From Mobula hypostoma (Eukaryota), in contig NC_086108.1 in NCBI RefSeq assembly GCF_963921235.1, positions 12,524,001 to 12,588,000 of the forward strand: a stretch of 64,000 bases of DNA. Direction: 5' to 3'. Numbering within the stretch: the stretch's first letter is position 1; every line of letters starts with the position of its first letter. The notes beneath the pieces were generated by a model. It had not been told where the DNA came from. It searched no databases and saw nothing but the letters and a program-made list of their open reading frames with translations. Shown here piece by piece: positions 46,901-59,094 of this stretch. The translations under genes were made by a program, and so were the position numbers.

Positions 46901-47761
46901 TGTTACGTACCCCGTAACTGGGTTGCCAAACCAGCAGAAATGGATCACTCAGTTGGAGTCTGGAGTACTAGAACTAAGAAAGTTTTATTAAAGAAACAAG
47001 CAACACATTAATCGAAAGGATAATAAATGCAACAATTCAACAATGATAACCACACATGTGCACAGAATTAAGATAACAGCATCAATCAAGCTCTATCGTT
47101 GTCTAGGGGTTAAATGACCAATTTCAAAATGACTCAAAGTTCAGTCCAGTTTGTAGTTCAGTTCGCAGTAATCGTTGCCATGGCGGTGGACAACGTGGGG
47201 GAAGAGAGACATAGAATAGGAACAACTCATCATTCAGCACAGCTTCACTCACAGACCAGCGGGATGGCTCACAGACCAGCTTTTGGGCAGGTCCTTGGTG
47301 ATGTCACCTGAGGTCACCGACTGTGACCCCTCCTCCAGATGCGGTCGATCCTCTGCAGTGAACCCGGCACCCAGGCAAGGGCGGACACACACCGGGTTCC
47401 CGCTGATCGTACCTTTCCACCCTTGTCGTTGTCTGGGACTTCTCACCCACTCGTGAGAAGCGCACCGCTTCCAGGGTCTCGTTACCTCGGGTGGCGTGTG
47501 TGTCTGTCTTAGCGAACCTGTCCCTTTTTATCCCCCTGCTGGGGTATCGCCTGTCCATCACTTCAAACAGTTCAGGGCTCAAAGGGGGGAGCCGCTCCAG
47601 ACAGCTCTTCCTCCCACATCCCTTCATTACACATCTCCAGACGCTGCTCCATTGTTCCTTATCTCTCCTTCCCCTGAGGGCAGGTGGCAGACCAACTGCT
47701 GATGCCACTGATGCTAGCCCAGGCCAGCAAACATCTTAATTTTATGTGTATTCTCGTAACA
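46901..47761 (-). repeat. LTR 6 (shared)
   Basis: Same sequence as LTR 1. Confidence 0.95.
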
Positions 47762-47933
47762 CTTCCCCCCTTTAAGGATTTTTACCGGGAGGTAAAAATT
47801 ACAAACATGACTACATTATCTGATACATACACAATATACATCTTTAACAGTTATTTAGCTAATACAGAGAATTTGAAATTGTCAACACCTTGACAGACAG
47901 TCATCACATTTTCTGTTCCTTTTACACGTGTTA

Positions 47934-50823
47934 TTAATAATCCCTTAGACCAGGCTCCAACTCAGCAAACTTCATAGTGGCCAAAAACACTGATGAATTG
48001 CGACCAATGTAACCTCTCATTTGGTTTTGTCCCGGACCACAACAACAAGGGTCGTCCCATTCCGACTCAATTTTCTCTCGCAAGGGCTTAGTAGGAGGGG
48101 GACGGGTATTGACCGCAGAGTTATTGCAAAACTTCCTGCAGTACCCCACCATCTCCAAGAGCCTTCTGAGGGCCCTCTTGTCTGTCGGGGTTGGGAGGTC
48201 AGCGATAGCCTGCACTGCAGCTTGCATCACTGCCAGCTGCCCCTGTGTCACCACAATTCCCAGGTAAGTGACTCTCGTGTGGCCGAATTCATTTTTTCCA
48301 AGGCTCACTATCACGCTGGCTTCAGACAGCCGTGTTAAATTGCCAATACACACCTCTGTGTTCATCAGCCCTTTAGTCACTGAATTACTCAAAAAATATG
48401 GGTGTTGTTTGCTTGGCTGCCCTATTGTAACCGACATAACCCAACGTCCCAGTTCTTTGCATTTCCTCGGGACAATCAAACACATGGGTGCGAGTCGTTT
48501 AATTACTCCTTCGGGGATTAAGGGAGAGACCTTATCAGTAGACCTGGTCAAAACAATAGCCTTCTCCCATCTGACCGATCCCATCCTAATCTTTTCAAAA
48601 TGGTTTTTTCCTCTTATCAAGGGGCCCCTAGCTTCATTGATTTCCACGCTAACACCGACTAGGTTCGTTAGCATATCAAAAGCCGGTGACCGTCTCAGTT
48701 CGCGTCGGTCATGATCAATAACATTCTTCCCCCTGGGCAGCCGGTAAATCTCTTTCATGATTCCACCAACTGTTTCCTCCAGCACCGCAAAATGTCCACC
48801 GGGGGGTACCTCGTGGGCCATGTTAAAAACCTCATCCCCATAACTCTTTTGCACCACCCCCCACTCCTCATCTGCGGATGCTGTACTTGATTTCCCTTTC
48901 TTCCTTAGCACTTCCTCATCCGCACAATAGCCTACTAGTTCCCTTGTCAAGGCTGTGTCAGAGAGAGCTGTCTCGGCCAAAACCATCAGCCCCTCGTCTC
49001 GCTCCTGCGTCTGCACAAATTCTTTCCTGGCTACTGCTACGTCCGTCCCAGCTCCCTCACTACCTCTTATCTCACTACACCCTGTCTCATACAAGGTTGG
49101 CAGAAATGTTTCAGCCAAATTCACCATCGCGGGCGGGGCCTCCATGCTGGCAGGCTGACCCGTCAATCTCACGACTGGGAACACGATTCCTCCGGCGATG
49201 TCATTACCGAGCAAGACTTCCACGTCTTTCATCGGTAATTCGGACCTCACCCCGATCGTGACTAGTCCAGAGACCAGGTTGCTCTGTAAATGTATCTGGT
49301 GCAAAGGGACTGACTCTGTCCCTTCCCCAACACCTTTGACCTCTACCTCCCCAGTCTGGGTCTCTGAGCTAAACTCTAATACACTCTTCAGTATTAGTGA
49401 CTGACACGCTCCCGTGTCTCTCCAGATCCGCACTGGAACTGGTTTTAACCTCTTTTTCACTGACACCAGTCCGGCCGAGATAAACCTCTCGCGCCCTTCC
49501 TGGACTTTTTCAGACCTGTCCTTCCCTAGCGGTTCGCTTAACAGCTCAATACAGCCATTCCAAATTTCCGCTTTTCCTTTCCCCGTCTCCTTTCTTGGGG
49601 CAAAGCACCTGGACGCAAAGTGTCCGACTTTCCCACAATTATAACAGACGACCCCAGGAGACCTCCTACCAGGCTGCTCCCGGTCTACCTTATCCTTTTC
49701 ACTAGTCCCCGGCTTACTTTCTGACTTTTCCGGCGGACTCTCCCCGCCGTCCTGACTACCCTTCTGGTAGCCTTTACTCGGGGCAACCTTCATTTTATGC
49801 GTCAACGCATACTCATCCGCTAACTTAGCAGTTGCGGCTAACGTGGCTGCCTCTTTCTCATCGAGGTAGGGTCTCATACCCTCAGGGACACAACCTTTAA
49901 ACTGCTCAATCAGAATCAGCTGCAGCAGTCTGTCATAATCCCCCTCTACCCCTTTCGAGGCGCACCAACGCTCACAATATGTTTGCATCTCACGAGCAAA
50001 CTCCAAATACGTGCGGTCCCACCGCTTCCTCGCATTCCGGAACCTCTGCCGGTATGCCTCCGGGACCAACTCATAAATCCTGAGGATGGCCTCCTTCACC
50101 ACCTCATACTTCTGGGCATCTTCCGCGGATAAGGCGGAGTAAGCTTGTTGGGCCTTCCCTTTCAGTACACACTGAAGTAAGACAACCCACTTATCCCTCG
50201 GCCATTCCTGACTTATAGCTACTTTTTCGAAGTGGAGAAAGTACCGATCCACATCGGTATCGTCAAATGGGGGAACCAGCCTAACCTCCTGGGTCGCCCG
50301 GAACCCTCCACCTTGGTTCGGCACGAGCCCCTGCTCGGCCCTTATCTTTAACTTCTCCAGCTCAAATTCCCTTTCCCTCTGTCTCTCTTCTCTCTCCAAC
50401 TGTCTGTCCCTCTCTCTCTCTCTCTTCTCTCTCCAACTGTCTTTCTCTCTCTTGCCTTTCTACCTCTTTCTCTCTCTCCCGCCTTTCTAACTCTCTCTCT
50501 TTCTCCTGCCTTTCTAACTCTCTCTCTTTCTCCTGCCTTTCTAACTTTCGTACCCGGAACTCGTGCTCGAGTCTCAGTTTTTCAAGCTGTACCTGTACCG
50601 CGTCTCCAGCAGGTTTTTCAATAGACACCTCCCCCAGCTCACCTTGGGGAAACACACCTTTAGATACATAGTGCTCTACAATAGCTCTGTGTATCTCCTC
50701 TCTCCTCATTGTCGACTTCACCTTGGCAAGATTCACCCGTTTGGCCACAGCTATCAATTCCGATTTCCTGGCATCCTCTAATGCCTCCAAGGTCGGCGCC
50801 TTTATAAATTCCTCAACCTCCAT
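47934..50823 (-). pseudogene. Gag-protease polyprotein, unit 6, frameshifted
   Basis: An extra (TC)2 in the TC run at ~50410-50424 splits the ORF into 50362-50823 and 47934-50399; could be a consensus error. Confidence 0.8.
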
Positions 50824-50921
50824 TTCTGCTGTTTGTCTTTTCTTTCTTTCGGGAATTTTAACCCAATCAATTTACTCCGTCCCAAATTTAGCGTTCAAAA
50901 TCCCGGACGAGCCCCCACTTA

Positions 50922-51782
50922 TGTTACGTACCCCGTAACTGGGTTGCCAAACCAGCAGAAATGGATCACTCAGTTGGAGTCTGGAGTACTAGAACTAAGA
51001 AAGTTTTATTAAAGAAACAAGCAACACATTAATCGAAAGGATAATAAATGCAACAATTCAACAATGATAACCACACATGTGCACAGAATTAAGATAACAG
51101 CATCAATCAAGCTCTATCGTTGTCTAGGGGTTAAATGACCAATTTCAAAATGACTCAAAGTTCAGTCCAGTTTGTAGTTCAGTTCGCAGTAATCGTTGCC
51201 ATGGCGGTGGACAACGTGGGGGAAGAGAGACATAGAATAGGAACAACTCATCATTCAGCACAGCTTCACTCACAGACCAGCGGGATGGCTCACAGACCAG
51301 CTTTTGGGCAGGTCCTTGGTGATGTCACCTGAGGTCACCGACTGTGACCCCTCCTCCAGATGCGGTCGATCCTCTGCAGTGAACCCGGCACCCAGGCAAG
51401 GGCGGACACACACCGGGTTCCCGCTGATCGTACCTTTCCACCCTTGTCGTTGTCTGGGACTTCTCACCCACTCGTGAGAAGCGCACCGCTTCCAGGGTCT
51501 CGTTACCTCGGGTGGCGTGTGTGTCTGTCTTAGCGAACCTGTCCCTTTTTATCCCCCTGCTGGGGTATCGCCTGTCCATCACTTCAAACAGTTCAGGGCT
51601 CAAAGGGGGGAGCCGCTCCAGACAGCTCTTCCTCCCACATCCCTTCATTACACATCTCCAGACGCTGCTCCATTGTTCCTTATCTCTCCTTCCCCTGAGG
51701 GCAGGTGGCAGACCAACTGCTGATGCCACTGATGCTAGCCCAGGCCAGCAAACATCTTAATTTTATGTGTATTCTCGTAACA
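50922..51782 (-). repeat. LTR 7 (5'-most LTR in element orientation)
   Basis: Same sequence as LTR 1; followed by TSD GTAG and non-element flank instead of a PPT. Confidence 0.95.
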
Positions 51783-52112
51783 GTAGGCAGACAAATCTTG
51801 GAAGATTGCCATAAAAGAGTCTGTGCTTGTTGATGTGTGCCAAGTGATCTGAGAGTGGTGAGTAAAGCAGTTGCATTGAGATAGACATATGGAAATATGA
51901 CATTTTAAATAAAAATGAGTATGTCTTAAGTAAGGGCAAGAGTGGCAGCTTAGCATTCATGGTTCCAGCGATAAGAGTGCATGATAGGAAAGAAGGGAGA
52001 TGGGGAGCAGAATTGGGTGTGAGATTCAATGATAGTTTAAGTCAAGACAAGTCAAGTTAAGTTTATTGTCATTTAATTATATACATGTTGTGTTGAAGTT
52101 GTATCAGACATC

Positions 52113-54813
52113 GGCGGGAGGAGAAGATGGCGGCGCGACACAGCGCACGCAGCTCTCCGGTGAAATGATATCATATTTGTAAGTAGGATGCCGTGCACAA
52201 TTCTGATTTGATGGAGACAGACGTGAGAAGCACAGAGGAACATCTGAAGAAACTTCTGAAATGCCCGGTTCGCTGCCGCTGCTGCTGTGTAATCGAGAAT
52301 CTCTGGAGGGAAGACCCCAAAATCCTCGGCTTTGCCTGCTGCAGGCAGCCAGAGCTGGGGTTAAAGCACTCGGCAGAGATGGTGCTCAGTGCTCGGTGTC
52401 GGAGGGCTGGTTGGAGGCTCGAAATTTTCGGACGACTCAGAGTCGGACTCCGGTCGGGCATGGCAGGGAGAGTTTTCTTCCTTCTCCCATCTGCGTGAGA
52501 TGTGGGACTTTCGAGAGACTTTCAACTTTTTTTTACTGTGCCCATGGCCTGTTCTTCATCAAGTTATGGTATTGCTTGCACTGTTGTAACTATATGTTAT
52601 AATTATGTGGTTTTTGTCAGATTTCAGTCTTGGTCTGTCCTGTGTTTCTATGATATCACACCGGAGGAATATTGTATCATTGTATAAATCAAGGAAGGTA
52701 GTGCACCCGTGGCTGACAAGAGAAATTAGGGATAGTATCAATTCCAAAGAAGTAGCATACAAATTAGCCAGAGAAAGTGGCTCACCTGAGGACTGGGAGA
52801 AATTCAGAGTTCAGCAGAGGAGGACAAAGGGCTTAATTAGGAAGGGGAAAAAAGATTATGAGAGAAAACTGGCAGAGAACATAAAAACGGACTGTAAAAG
52901 CTTTTATAGATATGTAAAAAGGAAAAGACTGATAAAGACAAATGTAGGTCCCCTGCAAACAGAAACAGGTGAATTGATTATGGGGAGCAAGGACATGGCA
53001 GACCAATTGAATAATTACTTTGGTTCTGTCTTCACTAAGGAGGACATAAATAATCTTCCAGAAATAGTAAGGGACAGAGGGTCCAGTGAGATGGAGGAAC
53101 TGAGCGAAATACATGTTAGTAGGGAAGTGGTGTTAGGTAAATTGAAGGGATTGAAGGCAGATAAATCCCCAGGGCCAGATGGTCTGCATCCTAGAGTGCT
53201 TAAGGAAGTAGCCCAAGAAATAGTGGATGCATTAGTGATAATTTTTCAAAACTCGTTAGATTCTGGACTAGTTCCTGAGGATTGGAGGGTGGCTAATGTA
53301 ACCCCACTTTTTAAAAAAGGAGGGAGAGAGAAACCGGGGAATTATAGGCCGGTTAGCCTAACGTCGGTGGTGGGGAAACTGCTGGAGTCAGTTATCAAGG
53401 ATGTGATAACAGCACATTTGGAAAGCGGTGAAATCATCGGACAAAGTCAGCATGGATTTGTGAAAGGAAAATCATGTCTGACGAATCTCATAGAATTTTT
53501 TGAGGATGTAACTAGTAGAGTGGATAGGGGAGAACCAGTGGATGTGGTATATTTGGATTTTCAAAAGGCTTTTGACAAGGTCCCACACAGGAGATTAGTG
53601 TGCAAACTTAAAGCACACGGTATTGGGGGTAAGGTATTGGTGTGGGTGGAGAATTGGTTAGCAGACAGGAAGCAAAGAGTGGGAATAAACGGGACCTTTT
53701 CAGAATGGCAGGCGGTGACTAGTGGGGTACCGCAAGGCTCAGTGCTGGGACCCCAGTTGTTTACAATATATATTAATGACTTGGATGAGGGAATTAAATG
53801 CAGCATCTCCAAGTTTGCGGATGACACGAAGCTGGGTGGCAGTGTTAGCAGTGAGGAGGATGCTAAGAGGATGCAGGGTGACTTGGATAGGTTGGGTGAG
53901 TGGGCAAACTCATGGCAGATGCAATTTAATGTGGATAAATGTGAAGTTATCCACTTTGGTGGCAAAAATAGGAAAACAGATTATTATCTGAATGGTGGCC
54001 GATTAGGAAAAGGGGAGGTGCAACGAGACCTGGCTGTCATTATACACCAGTCATTGAAAGTGGGCATGCAGGTACAGCAGGCGGTGAAAAAGGCGAACGG
54101 TATGCTGGCATTTATAGCGAGAGGATTCGAGTACAGGAGCAGGGAGGTACTACTGCAGTTGTACAAGGCCTTGGTGAGACCACACCTGGAGTATTGTGTG
54201 CAGTTTTGGTCCCCTAATCTGAGGAAAGACATCTTTGCCATAGAGGGAGTACAAAGAAGGTTCACCAGATTGATTCCTGGGATGGCAGGTCTTTCATATG
54301 AAGAAAGACTGGATGAACTGGGCTTGTACTCGTTGGAATTTAGAAGATTGAGAGGGGATCTGATTGAAACGTATAAGATCCTAAAGGGATTGGACAGGCT
54401 AGATGCGGGAAGATTGTTCCCGATGTTGGGGAGGTCCAGAACGAGGGGTCACAGTTTGAGGATAGAGGGAAGCCTTTTAGGACCGAGATTAGGAAAAACT
54501 TCTTCACACAGAGAGTGGTGAATCTGTGGAATTCTCTGCCACAGCAAACTGTTGAGGCCAGTTCATTAGCTATGTTTAAAAGGAAGTTAGATATGGCCCT
54601 TGTGGCTACAGGGGTCAGGGGGTATGGAGGGAAGGCTGGGTTCTGAGTTGGATGATCAGCCATGATCATAATAAATGGCGGTGCAGGCTCGAAGGGCCGA
54701 ATGGCCTACTCCTGCACCTATTTTCTATGTTTCTATGTTTCTATATTTCTTAATGCATGCATTACTAAATGACAATAAAAGAGGACTGCATGTCCTCATA
54801 ATCTAATAATCTA
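52113..54813 (+). mobile_element. Non-coding retroposon family (~690 bp) interrupted by the CR1 at 52682-54744
   Basis: Homologous to uninterrupted copy 57153-57842; left part ends TTGTATCATT and right part resumes ATTTCTTAATGCATGC; (AATCT)n tail. Confidence 0.75.
52682..54744 (+). mobile_element. Young 5'-truncated CR1 LINE (RT domain nearly intact)
   Basis: KSPGPDG, NYRPVSLTS, YLDFQKAFDKVPH, GVPQGSVLGP, KFADDTK; one-G frameshift near 54467; (TTCTATGT)n tail. Confidence 0.95.
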
Positions 54814-54821
54814 ATGTATAC

Positions 54822-55429
54822 CAGCGGTCCCCAACCACTGGGCTGCGGACTGGTACCGGGCCGCAAAGCATGTGCCGCCGGGCCATGAGGAACCGATATG
54901 AGTCAGCTGCACTTTTCCTCATTCCCTGTCACACACTGTTGAACTTGAACATAGGGTTGCCAACTGTCCTCTATTTGCCGGGACACTCTGCATATTGGGC
55001 TAAATTGGTTTGCCCCACATAGGACCACCCTTGTCCTGTATTTCTCCCGCTAAGGTAGAGCGTTCCTATGAAACCTTTCATGCCGAAATGGCGTAAAGCG
55101 AAGAAGCAATTACTATTAGTTTATATGGGAAAATTTTTTGAGCGTTCCCAGACCCAAAAAATAACCTACCAAATCATTCCAAATAATACTAACATATAGT
55201 AAAAGCAGGAATGATATGATAAATACACAGCCTATATAAAGAAGAAATAATGTATGTACAGTATAGTCGGGAAGATTAAGCCAAAACCGATTTGTGGAAA
55301 AAAATCGACGCATACGCGCATATACGCACGTCACGCATGCGCACACAGGTGCCCGCGCAAAGCTTCATGGTCATGGTAGTCTTTCCTGGGGTAACCAGTT
55401 TGTGGTGCAAAAAAGGTTGGGGACCCCTG
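54822..55429. mobile_element. Non-autonomous hAT (Charlie-like) DNA transposon
   Basis: TIRs CAGCGGTCCCCAACC / GGTTGGGGACCCCTG; 8-bp TSD ATGTATAC (54814-54821) and ACGTATAC (55430-55437). Confidence 0.85.
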
Positions 55430-55493
55430 ACGTATACCATCAAACAAGACATTTCTCCAGATCAGTAGTACACATAACACACATACCGTATAA

Positions 55494-56110
55494 AACACAC
55501 AAAATGCTGGAGGAACTCGACAGGTCAGGCAGCATCTACGGAAAAGAGTAAACAGTCAACTTCTCTGGCCAAGACGCTTCTTCAGAACTGGAAGGAAGGG
55601 GAAGATGCCTGAATAAAAAGGTGAGAGGAGAGGAAAGAAGCTAGCTAGAAGGCGATAGGTGAAGCCAAGTGGATGGGAAGGGTCAAGTGCTGGAGAAGAT
55701 AAGATTTGGCAGGAGAGGAGCGTGGACCAGAGGAGAAAAGGAGGGAGGAGGCAGGTGAGAAGTGAAAGGTTAGAGTGAGGAATAGGAAGGGGTGGGGTAA
55801 AATTTGTTCACCGGAGGAGAAATTGATATTCATGCCATCAGGTTCGAAGCTACCCAGATGAAACATAAGATAGTGCTCCTCCACCTCGAGGGTGACCTCA
55901 TCTTGGCCCAAGAGGAGGCTATGGACCGGGGAGTCCAAATGGGAATGAGAAAGGGAAATTTCAATGTTTGACCACTGAGAAGTTCTACTTGTGGCAGATG
56001 GAGTGGAGGTGTTTGATGAATAGGTCCCCCAATTTATGTCAGGTCTCACCAATGTAGAGGCTGCATTCAGAGCACGAGACACAATAGATGACTGGCAGCT
56101 TAGCTCCCAG
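55494..56110 (-). mobile_element. Penelope-like element 3' remnant (GIY-YIG + terminal repeat)
   Basis: VHSLLLGQDEVTLEVEEHYLMFHLGSFEPDGMNINFS resembles the PLE endonuclease C-terminus; homologous to 21078-21650. Confidence 0.75.
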
Positions 56111-56116
56111 GTTTGT

Positions 56117-56490
56117 AGCACACAATAACTCAGGAAAGTAGAAATTAAATCTACAAATGAATTACACACAGATCAACAAAGTAAAGTGCATAAATTAAAT
56201 TATTGTAGGATACAATAAAAGTTATCTTCAAATGCATTGCAGCAGGGAGTTCAGAAGCCTAATTGCCTGTGGGAAGAAGCTGTTTCCCATTCCGACGGTT
56301 CTTGTTTTTATGTGTCAGAGTCTCCTGCCTGATGATAGAAAGTCAAAGAGGATGCTGGATGGATGGGTGGGATCCTTGATAATACTAAGTGCCCTGTGTG
56401 TGCCGCACTCCAGATAAATGTCCTCAGTGGATGGTAGGGAGACCCCTGTGATCTCCTTGGCTGTTTTCATAGCTCTTTGTAGAGATTTCT
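56117..56490 (-). mobile_element. Rex1/Babar-like LINE 3' part (its tail pieces lie at 52040-52089 and 55430-55490)
   Basis: Collinear with 19843-20345 once the insertions are removed. Confidence 0.65.
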
Positions 56491-57152
56491 TGAAGTGGAG
56501 GTGCTCCTCGAGGACATTAAGTTAGGCTAAGAGAACAAAATGGAGAATATTTACAATTATGCTGGAGACTTCTAATCAGTTGAAGGGAAATAGAACAGCA
56601 AATTTGCAGGCATATTTCTCAAATACCAGGGTATCAATGGCAGGGAATTTCAGTTTCTTTAACAACAGAGGTTAAAATGCTTACAGTCATAGATTCATAG
56701 TTGGACGGATGATAGGTTGAACCTTCAGTCTGTTGTGACATGAACAAAATCACCAGAGAGACACTGAAGCTAGTGAACATAAAAGGGTTTATTCAACAAA
56801 AACAAGCAGCAGGCATCATAATGCAAAACACTCTTTGAAGAAGAGGTCCACTCAACTCAATATTACTTGACACTTTATATGCTAATGATCAAAGGTAACA
56901 GTGGACAATTCTATAGTTACAATGTATCTACAATGCTTCCTATGAATTACATATAGTTTTCAAACACCTTAATCTTCACACCCACATGTAAGACACCCAA
57001 AGTGAATGTTAATCTCCACTGTCTCTGGACTGCATTCATGCATATGCAGGTATCTAAAGTCTAATTGTTCTGAGTTACATTTTAAATCCAATCTGCAATC
57101 CACATTCAAATTTGAAGATTGATTGCTGGTAAATTTATTATTTGCTATATAA

Positions 57153-57842
57153 GGTGGGGAGGAGAAGATGGCGATGCGACACAGCTCACACGGCCGCTCC
57201 GAAATGATATCGTATTTGTTAAGTAGGGGCCATGCACAATCCTGATTTGATGGAGACAAACGTGAGAAGCATGGAGGAACATCTGGAGAAACTTCAGAAA
57301 TGCATGCTTCACTGCCGTTGCTACTGTGCGATCGAGAATCTCCGGAGGGGAAGGCCCCAAATCCTTGGCTTTGCCTACTGCCTGTTGCCGGGACTGGCGT
57401 CGAAGCGCTCGGTAGAAATGATGCTCGGTGCTCGGTGTCAGAGGGCTGGTTGGTGGCTCGAAGTTTTCAGACGGACTCAAGAGTCGGCTGTGGTCGGATG
57501 CTTCCAGGATGCTGCATCGGCAAGTTTGCAGCGCTTTAAGTTCATGACAGGAAGAGAGTTTCCCTTCCTTCTACCGTCAGCATGAGATGATGGGACTTTC
57601 GAGAGACTTTGAGACTTTTCTTTTTTTACCATGCCCATGGTCTGTTCTTTATCAAATTATGGTATTGCTTTGCACTGTTGTAACTATATGTTATAATTAT
57701 GTGGTTTTTGTCAGTTTTTTTAGTCTTGGTTTGTCTTGTGTTTCTGTGATATCATTCTGGAGGAACATTGTATCATTTCTTAATGCATGCATTACTAAAT
57801 GACAATAAAAGAGGACTGTGTGTCCTCATACTCTAATCTAAT
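57153..57842 (+). mobile_element. Non-coding retroposon family, uninterrupted copy
   Basis: Starts GGGAGGAGAAGATGGCG; ends CAATAAAAGAGGACTG...CTAATCTAAT; homologous to 52113-54813. Confidence 0.75.
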
Positions 57843-58134
57843 GCCCTAACTCCAGTTTACACTCTAACAAGCCAACCTTGACTATTCCAGTCACTTTATC
57901 ATCTATGTAAATCACATTTGCCCACTTTAGGTTCATACATCAGAGAATTGTACAGCAAAAAAACCAAGCCCAAGCAGCCCACCTTATCCATGCTGACCAT
58001 AACTCCCATCTGCTCTTTTCTCATTTGTCTGCATTAGGTCAGTATTGCTCAGTGCCTTTCCTATACACCTACAGTATTTGTCCAAATACCTTTCACAAGT
58101 AGAAATTGAACTTACCTCCTCTGGAAACATATTG

Positions 58135-58790
58135 CATTAGAGGGAATAAATCCAAAGACTATTTTCTAAATGGGGAAAAATTCAAAAATCTGAGTTACAA
58201 AGAGATTTGAGAGTCCTTGTGCAGGATTCCCTTAAGGCTAACTTGCAGGTTGAGTCTGTGCTGAGGAAGGCAAATATACTGTCGGCATTCCTTTCGAGTA
58301 TAAAAGCAAAGATGTAATGCAGAGGCTTTAAATGCAACTCCGGGATTGAAAGGCTTATCATATGACAAGCATTTGATGGCTCTGTGCCTGTATTCACTGC
58401 AATTCAGAAGAATGAGGGGGGATTTCATTGAAACCTACCCAAATCTAAAGGTCTCAATAGAGTGGATGTGGAAAAGATGTTTCCTATGGTGGCAGAGTTT
58501 AGGACCAAAGGACACAAATTTAGAATACAGGGATGTCATTTAGAATGGAGAAGTGGAAGAATTTCTTCAGCCAGAAGGAAGTGAATCTGTGGAATTCGCT
58601 GCCCCAGGCGGCTGTGATAGCCAGGTCATTAAATATATATTTAAAGTGAAAGTTTGATAGATTTTCATACTCCAGGGCATGAAAGGTTACGGGGATAAGA
58701 CGGAAAGGAGGGTAATGGATTAGCCATGAACAAATGGCCAAACAGACTCAATGGGTTGAATGGCCTAACTTGGTCCCAAAATCTCATGCT
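58135..58790 (+). mobile_element. Degenerate CR1 RT/3' fragment with internal deletions
   Basis: DYFLNGEK, LYSLQFRRMRGDFIE codons and 3' UTR. Confidence 0.75.
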
Positions 58791-59094
58791 CCAATGGGCC
58801 CCTCTAGGGTATCCTCTTTACAAACAGCTCTAATACTAATAAGTAGCATGAATCCTCAACCTCTCTTTGTCATTCCCTTCATCCCCTTGTCATGCTGGAA
58901 ACTTCTTTAAACCAGAATACTAAGCTGTCATAAAATATTCACATGTACAATAAATGTTAATAGCAGAATTTCCTGATGTGTCACATTATTCCCATGAATT
59001 AATATTAGCATCCCATCAGTTTAGAATATTCAGATCTTCATACAGATTACTGCAAATGACTTTGGAACAAAAGGGGGAACTGAACTGAGGTATT

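Larger units (their letters stand above)
26787..51782 (-). mobile_element. Tandem array of six non-autonomous Gypsy (Gmr1-like) LTR retroelement units sharing seven LTRs
   Basis: Unit periods 4017, 4017, 4019, 4044, 4017 and 4021 bp. Termini TGTTACG...CGTAACA. 4-bp TSD GTAG at 26783-26786 and 51783-51786. PBS, PPT and gag-protease ORF in each unit. Confidence 0.96.

Noticed and set aside
26787..51782. Endogenous gammaretrovirus (suggested by the MLV-type PBS-Pro) or an autonomous element
   Set aside because: No env; the Gag, protease and IN-before-RT order are Gmr1/Gypsy-like; the catalytic RT, RNase H and integrase cores are missing.
52605..52681. N-terminus of the 638-aa ORF as a novel fusion protein
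   Set aside because: Chance in-frame read-in from the interrupted retroposon into a 5'-truncated CR1 ORF2.
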